From a virus: a DNA stretch of 64,000 nt. The DNA lies in the IMG/VR virus record IMGVR_UViG_3300014039_000004. One strand, 5' to 3'. Made by a program: the position numbers and the translations under genes. The notes under the pieces are model-generated. The model ran no database searches and was not told the DNA's origin. It worked only from the letters and a program-made list of their open reading frames with translations. Below, piece by piece: positions 54,921 to 61,564 of this stretch. Position 1 is the first letter of the stretch; every line of letters starts with the position of its first letter.

Positions 54921-55106
54921 AAGATGATATATCATTATATATTCTCCCCTCAGTGAGCAGACATTTCAGCAGCAAGGAATTTGGTGCTCCAAGACATGGT
55001 AGAAGTGATGGTGAAAGAAATGATAAAACTGATACTGCAACTGATGTTATAAGTAAAAGATAATTTATTAATAAATGTTAAAATTTTACATTTATTAGCT
55101 TTTTAC

Positions 55107-55137
55107 TTGGCACTTTATTACTAATACTTTATATTTG
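55107..55137 (+). promoter_or_regulatory. candidate Bacteroidota sigma-A-type promoter for the + strand block
   Basis: TATATTTG (55130-55137) fits the -7 consensus TAnnTTTG. A TTG lies at 55107-55109. The element is 47 nt upstream of the ATG at 55184. Confidence 0.35.
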
Positions 55138-55183
55138 TAGTGATAATAAACATAGTCATAAACTTAATATTAAACATTGTATT

Positions 55184-55696
55184 ATGTTACAGTTTGAAGT
55201 AAATGGTAAAGCAGGTAAACAAGTAGTAAAGTTTCCAACAACATTAACTGAACTTAGTGGAGATTTTCTTACTTCTATTTGTAAAGATATAGAAGTAGCA
55301 GATAATCATGCTATTGTATGTTTATGTTATCGTGAAACTATTGCTAATGTTTTATTTACTGCTAGTAGTAAAAAGAAAAATAGTATTACTACAGCAGTTG
55401 TTCCTAAGTTTGTAAAAGCTGGTAATACTGATAATGATTTTATTAAAGGTATCATGTCTGGAAACACTCTTGTAGTTCCGGCTAGTGATTTAGCTCTTGG
55501 TTATCATGTAACAGGTACTAATAATCCTTATACTATTAATTATCTTTTAAAAGTATCTGATGGTGATACTACTCTTTATCAAAAAGCTTTAAAGTTTGAA
55601 GATGTAGTTTATTTTATTGAATTTAAAATTATTCCTACTTGTAATATTAAAGGTTATTATTCTAGTACTAAAGTATGTGCTAACAGTAACAATTAA
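55184..55696 (+). CDS. hypothetical protein (first gene of the + strand late-type block)
   Basis: 170-aa ORF. Confidence 0.65.
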   Translation: MLQFEVNGKAGKQVVKFPTTLTELSGDFLTSICKDIEVADNHAIVCLCYRETIANVLFTASSKKKNSITTAVVPKFVKAGNTDNDFIKGIMSGNTLVVPASDLALGYHVTGTNNPYTINYLLKVSDGDTTLYQKALKFEDVVYFIEFKIIPTCNIKGYYSSTKVCANSNN

Positions 55697-55711
55697 AATT
55701 GCAATAGTAAT

Positions 55712-55728
55712 ATCTTCTACGGGGGAGC
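55712..55728 (+). repeat. G-run motif copy M14 (forward)
   Basis: atcttctacgggggagc followed by tagtc, in the intergenic spacer 55697-55783. Confidence 0.9.
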
Positions 55729-55753
55729 TAGTCAGTTAAATCTTACTAGTCAT

Positions 55754-55767
55754 CCTCTAGTAGAAGA
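55754..55767 (-). repeat. degenerate partner of M14
   Basis: In cctctagtagaaga, the gtagaaga part (55760-55767) is the exact complement of tcttctac (55713-55720). Confidence 0.4.
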
Positions 55768-55783
55768 TTAACATAATAGTTTT

Positions 55784-56314
55784 ATGGCTGAAATATTTAA
55801 ATTTCCTAATGGTTATAATGTACCTGTTTATCGTAAAAAAGATATTCTAGATTGTATAGATAAAAATATTATTGATAAAGATGTTGCTCTTTTATTAGTA
55901 GAATATTGTGAGAAACAGGCTAATGAAATCATTAAAAATGGAGGTTGGGCTAGTATTCCATTTATGGGTAATATAAGAATTCCTCCTCATATTAAAAAGA
56001 ATAATAGTGAAGAAACTCAACATCTTCTTGCTGATGCTAAAGATGTAATGTCTGAGGAAAGTTATGTAATATTTAGAAAACAAGTATTTAATGCTAATGC
56101 TGCAAAAGTTAAATTTGAAAAGATTTATAGATATATTTTATATTTAGCTGTTGCTCATAATAAAAAGCTATATAAGAAGTTAATTGAAGAAAAAGGTGAA
56201 CTTTATGCTAATATACTTCTTTATACTTGTAAGAATATTACTCAATCTAATCAATATTATGATGAAAATGGTTTTCCTATTGATAGACTAGATTTAAATG
56301 AAAAACAAACTTAA
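55784..56314 (+). CDS. hypothetical protein
   Basis: 176-aa ORF. Confidence 0.65.
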   Translation: MAEIFKFPNGYNVPVYRKKDILDCIDKNIIDKDVALLLVEYCEKQANEIIKNGGWASIPFMGNIRIPPHIKKNNSEETQHLLADAKDVMSEESYVIFRKQVFNANAAKVKFEKIYRYILYLAVAHNKKLYKKLIEEKGELYANILLYTCKNITQSNQYYDENGFPIDRLDLNEKQT

Positions 56315-56912
56315 TATAGATACTCTTATTACTATTGACGATACAGGTATGCCTAAACCTCCTAATACTAGACAACTTTTAGATTTAGATATTAGAGAAC
56401 TTTATCGACGAGATAAAACTCCAGATAAAAAAGGTTATATATCTGATTGTATAGTTATTTATTATTTAGGAGACCCTAAATCTCCTGCTAGACAAGCTGG
56501 TCTTAGCGATGCAGAAGCTCTTAAATTAGCTATTAAACAAGCCGGTCTTAAAGATGATTATATACCTGATGTATTAGTTCTTAGATTAATTAAACGTTAT
56601 TATGAAGAAAATATTACTGAAGCTGGTAGAGTAGTTGAAAATATTCTTAAAGGTATTCATAATATTAATCTTAGTATTGATGCTATTAATAGTCTTCTTA
56701 ATGAAAAACTTAAAACATCTCCAACACTTGAAGATTTGCCTAATATTCTAGCAATGATGAAAAGTGTTAATGACCAAGCTAATGCTCTTCCTAGTATGTT
56801 GAAAAAACTAGAAGAAGCTAAACAAAATCTTATGTATGAAAAAGAAACTGAAATTAGTAGAGGTGGCCAAACAGTACTTAGTAGTATGGATGCCGAAAGT
56901 TATGAAATTTAA
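56298..56912 (+). CDS. hypothetical protein
   Basis: 204-aa ORF with a 17-nt overlap with the upstream gene. Confidence 0.65.
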   Translation: MKNKLNIDTLITIDDTGMPKPPNTRQLLDLDIRELYRRDKTPDKKGYISDCIVIYYLGDPKSPARQAGLSDAEALKLAIKQAGLKDDYIPDVLVLRLIKRYYEENITEAGRVVENILKGIHNINLSIDAINSLLNEKLKTSPTLEDLPNILAMMKSVNDQANALPSMLKKLEEAKQNLMYEKETEISRGGQTVLSSMDAESYEI

Positions 56913-56945
56913 ATTAATACATCTATTAGGTGGTTATACTGCATT

Positions 56946-57122
56946 ATGATAAACATTAAAGGTACTATTATTTTTCATCCAAAAGATTGTTGTCCTATTT
57001 GTACTGAATCTGTCTGGTATAATGAAAATGAAGTAGAAACTATTAACAATGATGGTTTTATAACTTGTCCTTGTTGTGGTAATACTATTAAAATAAATAA
57101 GTATGAGAGATACTCGTTATGA
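56946..57122 (+). CDS. small zinc-ribbon protein (58 aa), below the ORF-track cutoff
   Basis: Hand-translated as MINIKGTIIFHPKDCCPICTESVWYNENEVETINNDGFITCPCCGNTIKINKYERYSL, with two CxxC-type pairs. It overlaps the next ATG. Confidence 0.4.
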   Translation: MINIKGTIIFHPKDCCPICTESVWYNENEVETINNDGFITCPCCGNTIKINKYERYSL

Positions 57123-58101
57123 TAACAACTTTTTATACTTTCAAGAAGAAGGTCATAAATATAATGATACGAATGGTAATAGATATTTATCCGTTACTAC
57201 TCTTATTCATGATAATTATGTTCCTAAGTTTGACAAAAAGTATTGGTTACATAAAAAAAGTCGTGAACTTGGTGTTAGTGAAAAAACACTTGAAAAACAA
57301 TGGCAAGCTATAACAGATGAAGCTTGTTCTAGAGGAACTGCTACTCATAATGGTATTGAAGATGCTATTAAAGATGTTAGTATGTTTAAAAATGCAATTA
57401 AATATTTAACTGATATAAAAAGTGGTAGGGTTGTTACTGTTGCTGATATACCTAATATGTCTATTAAGCCTCTTGATGTTGAGGCATTTAAACAGTCTAC
57501 AGGTAATAAATATTCAGAAATATATAGAGTATTTCAATATTATACAGATTACGGTTATACTATTTATTCTGAAATTGGTGCTTATCTTATTGACTACTTA
57601 ATTAGTGGAACTATCGATATTCTTTGTATTCGTGATACAGATTTTGTAATACTTGATTGGAAAACTAATCGTAATGGTCTTCAATTTGAAAGTGGATATT
57701 TTAAAAAAGATAAAACTACTAAACCTGCACAACTTACTAATGAATATGTTCATAAAGATGAATTTATGCTTCCTCCTTTAAATCATCTTCCTAATTGTAA
57801 TGGTAGTCATTATACAATGCAATTAAGTATGTATGCTAAGATGGTTGAACTTATTCTTGGTATTCCTTGTACAGGTTTAGGTCTTTGTCATATAGGTAGT
57901 CCTTTTGTAAAGAATGCTTATGGTATGCCTTATAGAGATGAAAATAATCAATATCCTATTGACCCTAATGGAAAAGAAACTGTTCATTGGTATAAGATTA
58001 ATTATAAAAAAGCTGAAGCTGAAGCTATTTTAAAAGATAGACTTGTTAAACTTAAAAGTGATAATGTGAAAACTGAACAACAACTTAATTTATTTAATTG
58101 A
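57103..58101 (+). CDS. PD-(D/E)XK family nuclease (RecB/Cas4-like exonuclease)
   Basis: GTATHNGIED, then IDILCIRDTDFVILDWKTN (D ... D/ExK) and MQLSMYAKM (QxxxY). Confidence 0.6.
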   Translation: MRDTRYDNNFLYFQEEGHKYNDTNGNRYLSVTTLIHDNYVPKFDKKYWLHKKSRELGVSEKTLEKQWQAITDEACSRGTATHNGIEDAIKDVSMFKNAIKYLTDIKSGRVVTVADIPNMSIKPLDVEAFKQSTGNKYSEIYRVFQYYTDYGYTIYSEIGAYLIDYLISGTIDILCIRDTDFVILDWKTNRNGLQFESGYFKKDKTTKPAQLTNEYVHKDEFMLPPLNHLPNCNGSHYTMQLSMYAKMVELILGIPCTGLGLCHIGSPFVKNAYGMPYRDENNQYPIDPNGKETVHWYKINYKKAEAEAILKDRLVKLKSDNVKTEQQLNLFN

Positions 58102-58102
58102 T

Positions 58103-58717
58103 ATGAAAGTTAGTTTATATACAAAATGTGCTAGTTATGATTTTAAAAAACTATTTGAATCAAAAGGTTATGCTTGGTTTGATAAAGGTTTTTATAATTT
58201 GAATATTATTGGTGTTCGTAAAAATAATAAGAATAAAGTTACAAACATGTATGATGATATTCTTATTGTAGATTATAATACTGAATGTGGGCATAAACGT
58301 AATATTTATAATATTACTACTGAACCAGGTCTTTATTATATGCAAAATGTTATTAATGATAAAGGCTGTGCTATTCTTGTTCCTGGTCAATATAGAGGAT
58401 GTTTTCATATAGGTCTTCATAAAAATAAATATAAAGCTCTTTGTCAAAATAAACCTGTTAAAGTTTATAGAGATAATAATAAAGATGATATTTATGATTT
58501 AGACCCAACTACCATTCAAAATGGTATGTATGGTATTAATATTCATAGAAGTAATGCTACTTGGACTAGAAACACTATAGATAAATATTCTGCTGGTTGT
58601 CAAGTATTTAATCAACCTACTCAATATAGTGCTTTTATTAGACTTTGTGATAAACAACGTGAACTTTATGGTAATAGTTTTACATATACTCTTTTAAATG
58701 AAGATGAACTGGTATAA
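58103..58717 (+). CDS. YkuD-like (L,D-transpeptidase fold) cell-wall enzyme, candidate endolysin
   Basis: IHRSN-x-YSAGCQV gives H-x14-S-x-G-C, the YkuD catalytic His/Cys spacing. It sits immediately upstream of two membrane-protein genes. Confidence 0.45.
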   Translation: MKVSLYTKCASYDFKKLFESKGYAWFDKGFYNLNIIGVRKNNKNKVTNMYDDILIVDYNTECGHKRNIYNITTEPGLYYMQNVINDKGCAILVPGQYRGCFHIGLHKNKYKALCQNKPVKVYRDNNKDDIYDLDPTTIQNGMYGINIHRSNATWTRNTIDKYSAGCQVFNQPTQYSAFIRLCDKQRELYGNSFTYTLLNEDELV

Positions 58718-58988
58718 ATATTTATTAGTTGTACTATTATTATCAATTATAATATTAGGTATACAAATAATGATTATACTTGATTTAGGAACACATATTA
58801 AATATAATCCTACTATAAATCCTAAAGATTATAATTATACGATTGATAGTTTGAAAAAAGAGAATGTTGATATTGTAATAGATATTAATAAATTAGATAG
58901 TATTAAAGATGAAGAAATGGATAAAGCTACAAAAGTTGATAATGATAGTGCTCTTAGGATGTTCTATAAATTGCTTGGCAAGGAATAA
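58698..58988 (+). CDS. small N-terminally anchored membrane protein (holin or i-spanin-like candidate)
   Basis: 96 aa with a single TM (YLLVVLLLSIIILGIQIMIIL) and a charged C-terminal half. Confidence 0.5.
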   Translation: MKMNWYKYLLVVLLLSIIILGIQIMIILDLGTHIKYNPTINPKDYNYTIDSLKKENVDIVIDINKLDSIKDEEMDKATKVDNDSALRMFYKLLGKE

Positions 58989-59262
58989 TGTAGATTTTTC
59001 TACGGGGGAGCGAGATTCAACTTATATATCTTATAATGATTTACGTATTGTAAATAGTAAACTTATTGAACTTGATTATACTAAACAAATTAATAATAAA
59101 CTTAAAACTATAATTTATAATGATAGTATTGTTATTAATGAATATAAAGTAATGAATAATAGTTTAGTTAAATCAAATAATAAACTTAAACGTAAATCTA
59201 AAATTGGTTTTATTACTGCTCTTGTTGCTATTATTGGACTTAGTATATCATTAATAAAATAG
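58909..59262 (+). CDS. u-spanin-like protein (lipoprotein signal plus C-terminal TM)
   Basis: 117 aa. It has the lipobox LLGC (Cys18) and the C-terminal TM IGFITALVAIIGLSISLI. Its start overlaps the previous ORF by 80 nt in another frame. It contains motif copy M15. Confidence 0.45.
   Translation: MKKWIKLQKLIMIVLLGCSINCLARNNVDFSTGERDSTYISYNDLRIVNSKLIELDYTKQINNKLKTIIYNDSIVINEYKVMNNSLVKSNNKLKRKSKIGFITALVAIIGLSISLIK
58995..59011 (+). repeat. G-run motif copy M15 (forward, variant)
   Basis: tttttctacgggggagc, inside ORF 58909..59262, where it is read as FSTGE. Confidence 0.85.
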
Positions 59263-59263
59263 T

Positions 59264-61546
59264 ATGGCTAAACTTGAAACTAATGTCGAGGATACTATTA
59301 AAAATTATCCTTTTCTTAATTATATAAATGAAGATAAATTTAATTATAAACATGCTAAAGATGCTGGTTATGATGACCCTGATGATTTATTTTTAATAGG
59401 TGATAGTGGAGGTTTTCTTCTTAATATAAATCCTGGTGATAAGTTTATTAATACTCATCTTTTTACAGAGATGGCTGATTTTTATCGTAAGTATAAAACT
59501 TATACTACATTTAGAGAAGATAGTATTCCTTATCGTCAATTAAGAAAAAGAGAAGAGTATAGACGTAAATATGGATTTAGTGCTCCTTGTTTATTAAGAA
59601 ATGGAGTTGTACAAAATATTCGTATTACTGGAAATCATTATAATTTTCTTAATTATACTATGATGGAACAGCTTAATACACGTAGTACTAAAAGTAGTCA
59701 TAAAGCTAGTGTTGGTTCTAAGTTTTATGACTTTTCTAAGTTTATAGATGCTCAATTTTGGACTTGGCATTGTTTAGAGTTTGCTAAACGTAATGGTTTT
59801 CATTTTATTATTGATAAAACTAGACGTGGTGGTTTTAGTTATATGATGGCTGCTAAAACTGCTAATACTTTAAATCTTGAACCTCGTAAAGTTGTTATTC
59901 ATGTAGCTGCTGATAAAAAGTTTCTTACTGCTACAGGTGGTTTAACTGATTTTACTATTAATGATTTAAGATTTTTTGAAACTAAAACTCCTTTTGTTAG
60001 AGGTATTCTTTCAACAGATAAAGAAAACTTTAGATTAGGTTTTAAACTTCCTAATGGTATTGTATCTCCTAAATCTTGGCAGTCTGCATTATTTAGTGTA
60101 TCTGCAATGAATAATCCTGATTGTGCTATTGGTAAAGACGCTATTGAAGTTAATGTAGAGGAGCTTTCTACTATGGAAAACTTTGATGATTTTATGTCTG
60201 TTACTGAACCTGCAATGAGAACTGGTAGTTATGTTACAGGTAATCTTTGTTGTTGGGGTACTGCTACTAGTGGAAATATGCAAGTTTTTGAACAAAACTT
60301 TTATTCTCCTAAAGCATTTAATTTTATGCCTTTTGAAAATGTTTGGGATAAAGATTGCAGAAATGAAATATGTGGTTATTTTAAACCTTATTGTTGGGGA
60401 CTTCAAGGACAAATAGGAGATAGATATGCAATGGACGAAGATGGTAATTCTGATTTAGAATTAGGTATTCAAATTGCATATAAAGAAAGACAAAAGAAAA
60501 AAGATACTGCTAAAACTTTTGCTGATTATATTAATTATCTTGGACAATATGCTTTAATGCCCGCTGAAAGTTTTAGTAGTGCTACTGAAAATTTATTTAG
60601 TAGTGAAGAATTATTAGCTTGGGAAGAAAGACTTAGAACAGATAATAGTTTTAAATTTTATGTTGATGGTTGGTTATTTGATAATCATGGTAAAGTAGAA
60701 TTTAAAACTAATGCTAGAATACAAGCTGAAGGTGGTAAACTTAATCAAGATTATTGGGATTGGATTGAAGGTGTTCCTCGTAAAGGACATGAACATCCTC
60801 ACGGATGCATTCGTAAATGGTTTAATCCAATGAAAGTTCCTTATTTTGATAAAGATGGAAAACAAGTAATTGGAATTCCTCCTGGTTTGTATTCTATTAG
60901 TTATGACCCTGTAGGTGTTAATAAGGAAAATAAAGCTATTACTTTAAAACATTCTCATAATAGTATTAAGGTATGGATGAATCCTTGTTCTTATAACGGT
61001 TTTAAAACAGCTCTTGTTTGTGCTTATTATGGAAGACCTGAAAAACTAGAAGAAGCTGATAAAGTATGTTTACTTCTTGCTAAATATTATAATTGTATTG
61101 GAACTACTGGAGTTGAGATTAACCGTGGTGAAACTGTAAGTAATTTTACTAAATGGAAAGCTCTTAAATATTTAATGCGTGACCCTGTTCAAATTTGGGA
61201 TACTAGTATTAAAGGAGCAGTAGTAGGTAGTTATGGTGTTAACATGGGAGATGGGGCTAAAAAACTTGAAGGTCTTCGACTGCTTAAAGAAATGCTTTAT
61301 AGTGTTATTGGTAAGAATGATTTAGGTGAAGATATTTATTTATTTCAAACTATATATGATTATCAATCTATTCTTGAACTTAAAAAATGGAATAGTTTAG
61401 GTAACTTTGATAGAGTTTCTGAAATGATTATTAGAGCACTTCAATGGAAACTTACTGATATAGAAGCAGCTAAAGAATTAGCTCATCGTAAAAAACTTAA
61501 AGAAGTTAATAATACTAGAGATATTTTACATAGAGATTGGTTTTAA
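59264..61546 (+). CDS. terL: terminase large subunit
   Basis: 760 aa. Walker-A-like IIDKTRRGGFS, Walker-B-like IEVNVEELS, CWGTATSG coupling-like motif and a C-terminal nuclease-like ISYDPVG. It lies directly upstream of the portal-size gene. Confidence 0.7.
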   Translation: MAKLETNVEDTIKNYPFLNYINEDKFNYKHAKDAGYDDPDDLFLIGDSGGFLLNINPGDKFINTHLFTEMADFYRKYKTYTTFREDSIPYRQLRKREEYRRKYGFSAPCLLRNGVVQNIRITGNHYNFLNYTMMEQLNTRSTKSSHKASVGSKFYDFSKFIDAQFWTWHCLEFAKRNGFHFIIDKTRRGGFSYMMAAKTANTLNLEPRKVVIHVAADKKFLTATGGLTDFTINDLRFFETKTPFVRGILSTDKENFRLGFKLPNGIVSPKSWQSALFSVSAMNNPDCAIGKDAIEVNVEELSTMENFDDFMSVTEPAMRTGSYVTGNLCCWGTATSGNMQVFEQNFYSPKAFNFMPFENVWDKDCRNEICGYFKPYCWGLQGQIGDRYAMDEDGNSDLELGIQIAYKERQKKKDTAKTFADYINYLGQYALMPAESFSSATENLFSSEELLAWEERLRTDNSFKFYVDGWLFDNHGKVEFKTNARIQAEGGKLNQDYWDWIEGVPRKGHEHPHGCIRKWFNPMKVPYFDKDGKQVIGIPPGLYSISYDPVGVNKENKAITLKHSHNSIKVWMNPCSYNGFKTALVCAYYGRPEKLEEADKVCLLLAKYYNCIGTTGVEINRGETVSNFTKWKALKYLMRDPVQIWDTSIKGAVVGSYGVNMGDGAKKLEGLRLLKEMLYSVIGKNDLGEDIYLFQTIYDYQSILELKKWNSLGNFDRVSEMIIRALQWKLTDIEAAKELAHRKKLKEVNNTRDILHRDWF

Positions 61547-61564
61547 TTTAAACTTGATAATATA

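Noticed and set aside
7963-59011. The repeated 17-mer as a CRISPR array or as a conserved peptide motif.
   Set aside because: Spacing ranges from about 100 nt to more than 10 kb and the copies lie on both strands, so it is not a CRISPR array. It occurs in three reading registers and in non-coding DNA, so it is not a protein motif.
7963-59011. Resemblance of the motif core CTACAGGGGAGC to the initiation region CTATAGGGAGA of T7-group promoters.
   Set aside because: No single-subunit T7-like RNAP gene is visible in the window, and half of the copies would point antisense. I treat it as coincidence unless transcript mapping says otherwise.
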